A stretch of 64,000 nt of DNA, from NCBI GenBank assembly GCA_951406725.2, contig OX597828.1, positions 7,068,001-7,132,000 on the forward strand. Reading direction: 5' to 3'. The notes beneath the pieces are model-generated. The model did no database searches and was not told the DNA's origin. It was given only the letters and a program-made list of their open reading frames with translations. Below are positions 52,885-64,000 of this stretch, in pieces. The first letter of the stretch is position 1. Each line of letters begins with the position of its first letter. Made by a program: the position numbers and the translations under genes. The DNA is from Octopus vulgaris. Lineage: Eukaryota.

Positions 52885-53240
52885 TGGCATGGCTATGCAG
52901 TTAAGATGTTTGCTTCCCAATCATGATTTTGGATTCAGTCCTTCTGTGTTGCACTTTGGGGAATTCTTCTACTAGAGCTCCAGGGAAAATCAAAACTTTG
53001 AGTGGGCTAAGTAACTGGAATGTGAAGCACACCCATTGCTGGTGCAATGTGTGTTTGTGTTTCCTTGTCTTAGTATCACTTGATAGTTCACCATCATACT
53101 TTGTCCATTTCTGCAAAACATGTCTGGTCACAGAGAAACATTGTCTTGCTTGAAGACAGGTTGGTGACAGGATAAGCATCCAGCTGCCTCATTCAACCTG
53201 ACCCATGCAAGCATGGAACAGTGGCAAATGTCACGATGTA
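52885..53240 (+). mobile_element. Composite SINE (tRNA/CORE head plus Meta-like tail)
   Basis: Head TGGCTATGCAGTTAAGATG...GATTCAGTCC; tail GACAGGTTGGTGACAGGATAAGCATCCAGCTG...GCATGGAACAGTGG. Confidence 0.65.
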
Positions 53241-54149
53241 CATACAAACAATTATGTACGTACACACACATGTATACATATGCATATATATGTATATATA
53301 CATGCATGTGAGTATGTATATATATATATAAATATATGTCTGAATATCTATCCCTGTACACATGTGAGTGCTGATAAATATATGAATGCACATGGAACCA
53401 TGCTGGTGTGCATGCATGCTCCAGATGGGCCTGCTGATGTGTGAGCATGTACAGCTGAGCCAACTTGCATGAGCATAAATGACTGTATAAAAGCACATCA
53501 GCATAGGTGTACTCCCATGCATACCTATATCTCTGCCTATATTTATGTATTTGCTTAAAAACCCTAGTTTTTGAAATTGGTAGCTGGAATAGCAGCTTGT
53601 CATTAGTTGCTGATATGATGGGTATCCTGCAATAAATTACTACCTAAGGAACCAATCTAAACTGCCAGCATGTAAAAAGACAGAGCAATAAAATGAGTTA
53701 GTGCTGATATCATCCTTTAAAGTCCATTTTTCATGAAGGCATGGGTTAGGCTGTATATTACAAACACACGTACTCGTATGCACACTGTGTATGACAGACT
53801 AGGCTGTGTGGTTAAGAAGTTTGCTTCTCATCCATGCCAGTTGGTGCCACCTCTTCTTCAAAGAAGTACTAGTTGTAAATGAGAGCCTCATTTCTATATT
53901 ACATGAAGACATGTTCATCCTTGGGGAAATATAACATTGCATGAAAATATGTGAGGATAGGCAACTAAGGCATTCTGGCAATAGGCCCATCGCAAAAAAA
54001 ACTTCACCTGCCACATCCTAGTATGAAAAGTGAACGTTACACAATTGCATAATGTTACCCAGGTAACAGTGTGTGTTTGCATCTTTGTGTACAGGTTTGT
54101 CTGTATACCCACAAACACCCATAACCAGGTCAGACTTTTCTCAGTTGTA

Positions 54150-54850
54150 CAAGAGACCATCACAAACAATTCATGACAGCAAGATATCAAAAGCAATAGG
54201 TATAATCAGAAGATATTAAAGGCCTGCTGAAGGACATTAGAACAGAGGAAGATCTAACATTTAATGCAGTAAAGTTCAAGGATTAGCTCACCAATACAAC
54301 ACAACACGGATAGACGGGACCAGATGAAATTATAACACTGTCAAAGTGTATAATGTAATAATGACATTGCTCTCCATGTGCATGTTGCAAAAATGGTACA
54401 AGGTCATGCATCTCAGTTGGCTAAATCATCGCTGCCAATTATGGTGGCCTCGTATTGCCAAGCTCCATTCTGTACACAAAATGAGGTACTGAAATAGACA
54501 AAATTTTATATTCCTTGAAAGGAAGTTCTACAATCATCAACCAAGGGGTAAAAGAAAAGAGTGTTGTGAAACTGACATTGTAAGTTATACAAATGCACAA
54601 ACAGGGCCCAAATGTTTAGTTCCACGATTTCTATCTTCAACATAGAGGACAAAATCATTCAACAATCTGTGATTCACGGCAACCAGTTTCTTGATATTCT
54701 TCCTCGAAAGCATATACTGCGGAATGGACTTAGGATTTGGGCATCGGCAATTCCTGAGAGACTTAGCACAGAATGGAAACGTATGAAGGTGGCAGAGAAA
54801 TCGCTTCACAAACTGCCTGAGCCTGAAGACATAGCAATGCCCCAGCATAT
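54150..54850 (+). mobile_element. Decayed CR1-like LINE 3' remnant
   Basis: Fragments LTFNAVKFK and HGNQFLDILP (cf. GP.LFN.LP near the ORF2 C-terminus) in disrupted frames. Confidence 0.4.
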
Positions 54851-55101
54851 ATGCACACATGTGCGTACACGCGCACACGTAGGTGTAAGTATACACACCC
54901 ACGCACAAACATTAAGACATGTAGATACACACATGCATATAGAATGCACATAAGTATATATATCTCAACGTGTGTGTAGAGAGAGATTGTATATGGAAAT
55001 ACAAGTGTGTGTACATAGAGAGGAAGAAGAGAGCGACAGATACGTATTTCAAAGAAGCTTGAGTATCAATTTTGCGACTATGTAAATCGTATAAAAAATA
55101 G

Positions 55102-55139
<38 letters not shown>

Positions 55140-55750
55140 TGCAGGGATGTGCATGCGTGCGCGTATGAAGAGTGTGAGCGAGTCCGTGTGTGTGTGTGTG
55201 TGTGAATGTGTGCGCGCCTTCAACAACAAAGCGAAAATTACAACTGGAGTTGAGGCTCAACGAATAACGTGTGTAGGTGTGTGTAGTATATGTATCTGTG
55301 TAGTCGGCATCAAGTACGCGTGTACGTGCTAGATGAAGAGAACAAATGTTTTGGCGATGAGGAAAAGAAATAAGGCGCAGAAGGCGAGAGCAGCCATAGC
55401 CGAGAACATGCAGGGTGATCGAGACTCACTCTCTCTCACACACACACACACACACACATTTTATTTATATATATATATATGTGTGTGTGTGTGTATCGCA
55501 AGGCTAAGATATATGTTTAACCGAGTAAACAGCACAAGTTCAGACAGACTACTAGATAGATTAGACTAGTCACTAGAGACTTGCTGCCTTGCTCGCACTT
55601 TTCTCGCTCATGTATTTTAACTATATACACAGTTATATTCTGCCTGTGTTATATATACATAGAGGCAATGTATGTAAGCGTACACAAACACATACACTTA
55701 CGTCATACAGTGTACACGCGCACACGCACCTGGAAGCAAAACTGCTAAAT

Positions 55751-55790
<40 letters not shown>

Positions 55791-57510
55791 AGCCTCAAGC
55801 AATACACACATGCACACGAAAACACAAAGTAATAGAATTTACTACCCACAGACATACATGTGTGCTTTCCTTGACGCCAATGTAAAGAATATAAAGTTGA
55901 CTAACCAGTTACAACAATGTGATGTGCACTTTTCTGGTTTTTTTCCGTCTCTTTTATAAATTTATTTTGTCTTAAAACCATAGTTTCGTAATAAATAATG
56001 CGAGATTTATTAGTAAAAACAACAACTTTCCTTTATCCAGCAGGGCTATTGATGATCTGTCGCACTATTTTCGACGACACCGGGAGAACAGCCATGCATA
56101 AAACAGCAACTGACAGGAGGCAAATGTTATTTATTTTACAATTCTTGAAATAGAAAATTAATTTTTTTTTTCTCAGTAGAAGAAGACATTTGAAAGATAC
56201 AATAAAAACCTCAAAAAAGAAAAAAGAATTTTTTTTTCCTGAGAGAAAAACCTATATGTATAATGTAGAAATTCGGGCACCGGGTGTATAGTCTTGTCTA
56301 TATTAACACTGGATTTTGAAAAATAAACGGAGTTGAATTTTCAAAGAATGTCAACCAAATTTTACAGTCATTTTAACTAAATGAAAATAGACGAAGGCAC
56401 ATCTATATAATTACACACACAATTCTAACGTGCATGTTTAGTGCTTGCACGAGTTAGACATATAGGGAATGTATATTAAATGAATGTGCATAATTTATAG
56501 TACTTATGTCTATGTGTGTGTATATATATATGTGTGTATATATATAAACAGTATGCCTGTGTGTGCACAGCGTCATGCAGTTTTAAACGTGCTTAATGTC
56601 TTACAACATGGTGTTATATGTGCGTGTATATGTATGTATATATATATATATAAGTATATATACACACTCATGTATCCATACATATACAGCAAATGTGATG
56701 ATTTTAGTAGTTTAGTAAGGCGTTTCCCACCAGCGAATTCGAATTTAACCATACGAAATGAACTCTTAAAATGAGGTTGTGTTCGCGATGTCGAAGATGC
56801 TATGTCAAGAATGCTACCGCTGACATTTTACATGAGAAAAATTAGAAACTCAAGAATTATGGCGGTTGGGTGCTTAGAAGATAGAACAGGATTGAAGTAG
56901 AGTAAAGCTGTGTAGTAATAATAATAATATAACAAACTAGAAATATTAATCGAAGTGACGATCACCCGTGAATCTTAACTCCTCCACTACTAAAATAGGG
57001 TGAGATATGATGGTGGATCACGTCCACTGATAAAATACAGGTCAATGTCGACAACAAAAACCCGAATATAATTATTAATTAGAATTAGGTAACTGATTAT
57101 GTGATAATTATGGAAATACAAAAACAATATTTCTTTTTTGATGTCAATAGAGTTGAAATTAAACGATACAGTTAAAAGAAATTGGAGAATACATAAATTC
57201 TCCTTTGTTCGTAATGATTCGTTTCAACATCACATCTAAACCTGTGCACATGATCTTTAATGAAATAAAGGCCTGATATGAGACAAATGTATCTCGACTG
57301 CGATCCAACATTGATATTCTAGAAATATAAAAGAAACATTTAGGAATAATATACGTTTCAAATGTGTGATCCAACACGAGTATTATAAGACACTTCACAT
57401 TTAACGCATGCATTCAGTAATACTAACAAATTCAGACCTCATACATAGTCGCCATATGAATATACACACGTGTGTATAGCCAAAAAACAGTGCTCTGGGG
57501 ATTGCTGTAG

Positions 57511-57548
<38 letters not shown>

Positions 57549-57555
<7 letters not shown>

Positions 57556-57815
57556 TTTGTCGATTTCACGTAAACAGTTGTACATGTGTGTATAAATAAC
57601 CTATATAGGTGTATACAATAATATATATATACATACACGCATTTGCTCACAGCATAGATGCATTCTATACATACGTGTGTGTGTATATATACACACATTT
57701 GTCGATTCCACGTAAACAGTTGTACACGTGTGTATAAATAACCTATATAGGTGTATACAATGATATATATATATACATACATTTTCTCGCAACATAGATG
57801 CATGCTATACGTATA
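57549..57815. repeat. Imperfect ~142-bp tandem duplication
   Basis: ACACACATTTGTCGATT(T/C)CACGTAAACAGTTGTACA(T/C)GTGTGTATAAATAACCTATATAGG starts at both 57549 and 57691. Confidence 0.9.
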
Positions 57816-59542
57816 TGCACATACATTAGACAGAAAATGTTGCCATTTACAGAAAGTTCTGACGTACGCGGGTATACATTTGAGTATAGCATTGTAAGAA
57901 ATACGCACAGTACACATCAATCGATAAGGGTGTATATACGACACGTTGATATCGCTAAACAAAGAGGGGAGTATCATCACCCCCACCCATCATATTTAAC
58001 TCATCCACAGCATGTGCGTCAGCTTGGGTGTATATGTGTGTGTGTATACAACACTAACTTTGTATTAGTCATTTAATATAACATAAGTTCATAGCGAATT
58101 ATTAATGCTAATTACAAAACATTCAGCACTAAAGTAATTAAAAAAAAATCTTTTTATATCATTATCTCTCGTGAGGATAGAAATACAATAGAAAGTTATA
58201 GTTTTTCTATTGTTAATCACTAAATGCGTGTGTGTATGTGTTATCCATACACACACACACACACTTTTGGCAAATTATTGATTTGTAATTAGTTAAGCTT
58301 TCGAAAACGAAAAGTAGACTTGCGACACAATAGCTATTAATTTTATAATTCATAACAGAAAAACACAATTATATACACTGAACACGCGCGCACACACGCA
58401 CACACGTTGTAAGAACAAAGGCGTGCAGATAGTAAGACAAAAACCAAAGCAACCAGGATTATATAACATTAATTACACAAAATGATTATAAAACTAACTG
58501 CATAATGCTTATCTACATTTTTATTTTTTTCTATTTTTGATATTTTAATTGGTTCATAAAAAAATTTTGACAGAGAGGAAAAAATAAAAGACGTATAAAT
58601 GAGTCATAGAAGAAAATGGCTTCGAATGGCACTAGAATCTTTGAAGTATATATATATATGCGTATATATATATAGTTTGGAAGTATTATAGTGTACAGTA
58701 TCTAGACAGCAAAACAAAGTAATAGTTAAAATATATATATGAGCTCAGGGAGAGAACAAAAATTGTCAGACGAAAATTGGCGTGATGCTGCAGTATATAC
58801 ATGTATATATAGTAAGGAAAGAATACTAATAGTAGTAGTAATAATAATAATAGGTCATGACCCAACAGACACAGCCAGAGATGACAAATAAGTTTAGTTG
58901 ATAGAGTAAACGATTTTTGTTGCTGTTGTTAAGCTTATTGGGTACACGAAGTGCCAAAATTCTATTTATATTGCATTAATATACGAAAAGACAACTAAAA
59001 ATCAAAGTATGTTGGTACTAATGGCTTTGCCTTGCTAGCTTTACAGTTGGGGGGGTTGCTTTATATTTATGCTTTAAAAGGAGAAATAGAAGCAAGAGAA
59101 AGCTGTTAATGCACATTAGAACATGTAATATTTGCTTTGAAAGAATAAACAAATCGTAGGAGGAATGACTGAAGAAACAAGAAGGAAAAAATAACGAAAT
59201 GAAATTGAAGACTTCTGTGCGAAGACTAACGGAATGAGTAAGCCATTAGAAAAAAGGCGAGATAATAGCTATGTAATAGGAATTCCACAAGAATGGAGTA
59301 ATAGAGTGCCTAGAAGGTGTGTGAGTGTGTATGTATGTATGTATGTATATATATATATATATATATATACACATACATACACACACACTGCGAGGGTGTG
59401 TTATACACACACACAGAGGAGAAAATAGAGATAGCAACAACTGACAGCAATTTTCTTTTGTATGCGAGTGTAATTAACCGAGATAATACAAATAAACAAT
59501 ATATGAATAACCTAAAAATAAAACTCTCCATAAATTACACAC

Positions 59543-59573
<31 letters not shown>

Positions 59574-60715
59574 TCCACCCTCGCCATGTCAGTTTACCGA
59601 GGAGCAACACTCGAAAGAGAATATGTAGTGTAAATCTATAAAGCTTTCTTGCTTATCCAACATGGCCTAGAGAGATATCTTAAGTACTACTGTTGGTGAA
59701 TGCATGGCTAGTAGAATGTGTGTAGTTTCTAATTACTCACATCACCGAGGCAGTTTTTAGCTCTGCCTGTCTAACTTGCATGAACTTAGTCATCAGCCTA
59801 CAAAGAAAGAATAAAAGGAAGGGGAAAAAAAAAAATAGACAAGCTAAACTAACATTATGGTTTTGTTTCTTTTGAAAAGAGTGAAGATACCGAATCTTAC
59901 ATAAAGCCAAATCACGAGAAAATATACCTACAGAAATTCAAAAACAAAAAGGCCATGCTGTGTGTAAGATGTATAAGAGAGGTTCGGTAGGGGGGTGCGC
60001 CAATTCTATGATGAATGACAATATTTACACAAATCGATTTTTGCCTTGTAGCTTAATACAGTTTTCCACTAGTGGAGTATACTTGATGATAGTAAAAACG
60101 ACATACAACTTTTATCAGAAACCTAGGTTTATTTTACGTTTACAAAGGAAACAATTTCCCTGAAACATTTTAGTAATTTTGGTTTTTATAACTACAAAAT
60201 GAGGCGCAAGATTCATTATCGATGAGTGTGTGTATGGAGTGTACCTTAGTGAATAGAAATTAAGCTACAGCGAATAAAGAAATGCCATTACTACAAAATG
60301 CATGTGCACAAATACATCCACACTGTCAACGGGGTGTTAAGGAGCTTTTAATACGCTGGACAAGATTTAGGACAAGTTAAATAAGCGTCAATATTAGGAG
60401 TTTAAAGATTTAAATACAGGTTTTCAATTTGAAAGATTTCTTTCTAGTGTAATTATTTAGTATAGAGTCTCCAAGCGTTATAGATAGCTTGGGGTCACAC
60501 CAAGAGTAAATCCAACAAAGATTTGAAAATAGGGATTCAAGAAAAATTTAGTATATTTAATTCATAAATACCTCTAAACTAAATAAATATTGGCACTCTT
60601 AGAATTCCATATCAGCGAAGGAATATTGGAACCGATTCGCAGAGGTTAGTTTTATTTTTATTTGATTTTTTTTTTCTTAAAAATAGAAATATTTCTTTTA
60701 TACTGAAAAACTTAC

Positions 60716-60983
60716 CTTGTCGGCCAACAATTTCAGCAACGTGTTCCGAACTGGGAACTGGCACACATTCCGTCATGTTGGCGCTGCGTTTGCGTGGAGC
60801 AGACTCGTCAAAAGTTTGAGGAGCATTCGGAAGTCCATTGCTACTACTGGTCGTGGTGGTCGTATCTTCATCTGTATGTAATCCAGCGAGCATTGTCAAC
60901 TCCAGGGCCAACTGCATAGCACGGTGGTCTTCCAGACCGCCGCTATTACCATTCATGTCGGTACTGAGGAAACTTGCAGGCAT
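60716..60983 (-). CDS. mex3: First coding exon of a MEX-3 family KH-domain RNA-binding protein (N-terminus to start of KH1)
   Basis: Translation [12 protein letters not shown]...[18 protein letters not shown]...[26 protein letters not shown](G). [21 protein letters not shown] is the hallmark start of MEX-3 KH1, and RAMQLALEL resembles the conserved RALQLALEL N-terminal motif. ATG at 60983-60981 is the first in-frame ATG after a TAA at 61052-61050. The exon ends CAA G|GTAAG, a phase-1 donor at the GRQG/CKIK junction, where I recall vertebrate MEX3 genes also have their coding intron. Confidence 0.95.
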
Positions 60984-63179
60984 CACAAATGCAGTGGAGT
61001 GAGCGAGACAGGCGAAGAATATATATTTATGTATAAAAAAGCTTTTAAATTATATATTTGCTATATCTTTTTATTATTTTTTTTGTCCCTCTTTAGAGAG
61101 GAGTAGGGCTAAGTGTAGGGGGATAGTGGAGAGAACAAAGACTTGAGGGAAGTGTTAAAGCTGTGTTTTGGTGGGGGTTGTTTTTGTGTTTTTTTTCTTT
61201 TGATTTTCTTTTAGACTGTGGAGATCAGAAGGCAAGATAAGGGAGAAAAACAGAAACAAAAATATGTGATTTTAATGTAATTTGTATACATTAGTACCTA
61301 AATAATATTTATATATATATATATTTACACGTTAACTATTCTATAATATATATATATTTGTACACACGTACTCTCACATACATAAAGGACGGGTGGGTAG
61401 AAAGGTGAAAGAAACACGGGCAGCAGCAATTAAGAGGGATTCTTTTGGATTTTGGTTTTTTTTTTTTGGTTGTTTTTTGTTTGGTTTTTTTTTTTTTTGC
61501 AGAAGCCTGGAAATGCTACCACTTAAAAGTGAAGAATGACAATCAATGACCAACTTCGCATTTATAACTTATTCAGTTCTACTTTTGGAGGGTTTCTTTT
61601 TTTTCTTTATAGGAAAAGGTGTGAACTATCCTATCACGCCGACACACCGAAGTATACATATATCTGAATATATATATATATATGTATTATTAATACTTTA
61701 TAAATTTCTCTTGGGTAAGAAACAGTTGCGAAAACAATTGACAAACCAAAACAAAAGTGAAAGGAAAAAAAAACAATTTCTAATTTTATAGTGTGCAAGG
61801 CAAAATACGTGGTCTGCCTGCTTCAATATATACATATATACACGTGTATTTATATATATGTATCGTATATATATTCTCTTTACACAGAAAATGTTATCAC
61901 TTTATATGTGGTATAGATAAGTTAAGAGCTAAGATATGTATTTCCTTTTCTATAGATATAAATATCTGCCAAAAATATAAGGAAGAAATTAATTTTTATG
62001 TACATATATATATATAATTATTATTTTGATAAGATTCTTTATGAAATATACCTAGATATTGGTGAGCGTACACTGCATGAGAAGTAGCCACACTAAGCTT
62101 TATATGGATATAATATTGGTGGCGAAAGCAATTTCTTTTTCCTGCTAATGTGAATTTATATATATATTATACATATATAAATTTTGTGTAGATGTCAAGA
62201 TGTGAAGTTCGAATGTATACAGACAAGGGATTGTGGAAAGCCGCGGTGAAAAATACTAGTCCCCACTAAATATTCTTCCGTCTACATACAAGGGAATTGT
62301 AAAAGACCGGAATTCATTCAAGACACACAAGAAGCAACTACGGTGTGTATATAAATATATAAGTATCTAAATATTTATATATATGTATATATATATATAT
62401 ATGTATGTATATATATATAATATATATAAATTGTATATATATATTTATACAAGTGGGTGCGGAGGCTTAGGCCGTAGCATGCAGTGTTGTGTGCGCGCGT
62501 CTTCAATGTTAGCGTTACAAACGTTGAATGTGTGTATTTGCAAAGAGTAATAAGAATCCTTCTCGTTTGGTAGACGCTTGGTATTAGCACTAGTTGTAGT
62601 TGTAGCAATAGTAGTAGCAACAGACAGTAGTACTGGTTGTATTTATTTCAGCGCTCATTCGAGGTGTGGTAGAAATTTTTTTTCCCTTGTATTTTTTCGC
62701 TTTTCTTTAGCCTTTGTTTGTTGTGTTTGTAATTGTAGTAGTAGTAACTGTTCTTGTTCGAGGTATATCTACATTATCTCTAATATATAATATATTATAT
62801 ATATAATATATATATATATTATAATTCCTGTGTAGTTGCTGCTGCTTCAGTTGGTTATAAACGAGTTTTACTATTTTCTTTTCTTTCTCTTTGATATCGT
62901 CCTTTTGGCTTCGTTTCTGTTGTGGTTGTTGTTGTTATGTTTTGTGTTGGGATTTCTTTTTGTTATTTTCTTTTTTTAGGTCGGTATAAATATATATAAA
63001 TACACATATATGTATTATATATATATATATATATATATAATATGTAATATATATATATATATCACCCGCTTCTTTTTTTTTTTTCTTCTTCTTCTTTTTG
63101 TGTGTGTGTGTGGTTCTGTTTACCGTTTCTTTTGAAAATTCTAACTCCTTCTCCTCTCAACACACCAACAACAACAAAA

Positions 63180-63380
63180 GCCACACAGCTGCCCTCGGCG
63201 CGGCATCGAAATCCGACTAAGGAGCACCGACCAGGCGCACTGCACAAAAGCAATTATGGCCAATGTCTGACGTCATCATGTCGGAGCTGTAAGCGAGTGT
63301 AGCAAAATGATGGCTCCCACTGGTAGCGTCTCTGGTTGGTTCTCTGCTAGCACGTGACGCACGAGAAAAGGCGTGGTTTC
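63180..63380 (-). promoter_or_regulatory. Candidate mex3 promoter (CpG-rich patch with CRE, CCAAT and E-box)
   Basis: Locally GC/CpG-rich between microsatellites. CCAAT at 63260-63264, full CRE TGACGTCA at 63268-63275, and E-box CACGTG at 63351-63356 overlapping TGACGCA. Lies about 2.3 kb upstream of the mex3 ATG. Confidence 0.55.
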
Positions 63381-63800
63381 GAAAATAGAAGGAGGAGGTA
63401 AAAGAGAGGAAGACAGAGTGAGAGAGAGAATACGAGGGGGAGCAAAGAGAAACAGTAATAAAAGAACCCTCATATATATACATATATATACTCATGTGTG
63501 TATATATATATATACTTACAAACATGTATATAAGCATATAAATGCATAATATATACGCACACACACACAGAGACAAACACACACATAATTATATACACAT
63601 ATATATGTACAAACACACGCACACATATATAGAGACGTATAACTACATATACAAGCGAAAGGGAGATAAATACGTATTAGAAAGTAAGAGAATGTGTGAA
63701 AGAAGAGGAGAGTAATGAAAAACAAAACAGAGAAAAGAAACGAAATAAAAGAAAAAAACAAGGAGAGAAAAGGGGTGGGTACGCTCATTTATATATATTT

Positions 63801-63834
<34 letters not shown>

Positions 63835-64000
63835 TGTATCACACACAAACACACACTTGTCTATATGTACATGTATTCTTATAAGTTAAAGAAAAATGAA
63901 AAATAGTAACGACAGAAAACTGATTGAAAGACAAAATGAGTGATTGTGTCTCAAATATTTATCTCTCGGTCTCTCCTCGCATCTGTAATGTGTGTGTGTG

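Larger units (their letters stand above)
50950..53360. repeat. Dense compound (TA)n/(TG)n/(TATG)n microsatellite region
   Basis: Many dinucleotide tracts. They generate the Y/I/H/T-rich spurious ORFs in the track. Confidence 0.9.
1..60715 (-). other. mex3: Probable large mex3 intron, continuing past the window start
   Basis: Canonical GTAAG donor at 60715-60711. No ORF encoding the expected continuation (CKIKALRAKTNTYIKTP...) appears in the ORF track. Long A runs dominate the + strand, so the sense strand is T-rich, which fits minus-strand transcription. Confidence 0.7.

Noticed and set aside
54612-54953. 113-aa ORF with protein-like composition
   Set aside because: Better explained as a decayed LINE 3' end running into a microsatellite. 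No splice or homology support for a host exon.
60612-60715. C-terminal part of ORF 60612-60986 (KFFSIKEIF...) and its GTG start
   Set aside because: This is read-through into the intron past the GTAAG donor, and homology stops at GRQG. The real start is the ATG at 60983.
50899-63906. Many Y/I/C/V/H/T-rich ORFs
   Set aside because: They are translations of (TA)n/(TG)n microsatellites with no domain signal.

Overview
AT-rich, microsatellite- and SINE-dense animal genomic DNA. The repeat repertoire (tRNA-headed SINEs with CORE-, Deu/Nin- and Meta-like domains, plus abundant (TA)n/(CA)n/(GA)n) is most consistent with an octopus or related coleoid cephalopod; this is inferred. The only host coding sequence I can support is the first coding exon of a MEX-3 family KH-domain RNA-binding protein on the minus strand (ATG at 60983, phase-1 GTAAG donor after 60716). 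A CRE/CCAAT/E-box promoter candidate lies at ~63.2-63.4 kb. The next mex3 exon was not found, so positions 1-60715 are probably one intron of more than 60 kb. That interval holds about 30 SINE copies from at least four families, TTAA-flanked piggyBac-like MITEs, a hAT MITE with intact TIRs and TSD, and decayed hAT, Gypsy, Penelope and CR1-like remnants, possibly also a Helitron. The most interesting signals are a minimal hammerhead-ribozyme motif in a Penelope-like fragment (sense to the pre-mRNA) next to a perfect 20-bp hairpin, a candidate recursive splice site at 43310/43311, a CpG-retaining SINE-free island at ~37.5-41.5 kb, and many inverted SINE pairs that could be ADAR substrates. I found no convincing new multi-gene system. 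Repeat boundaries are approximate and family assignments were made by eye.
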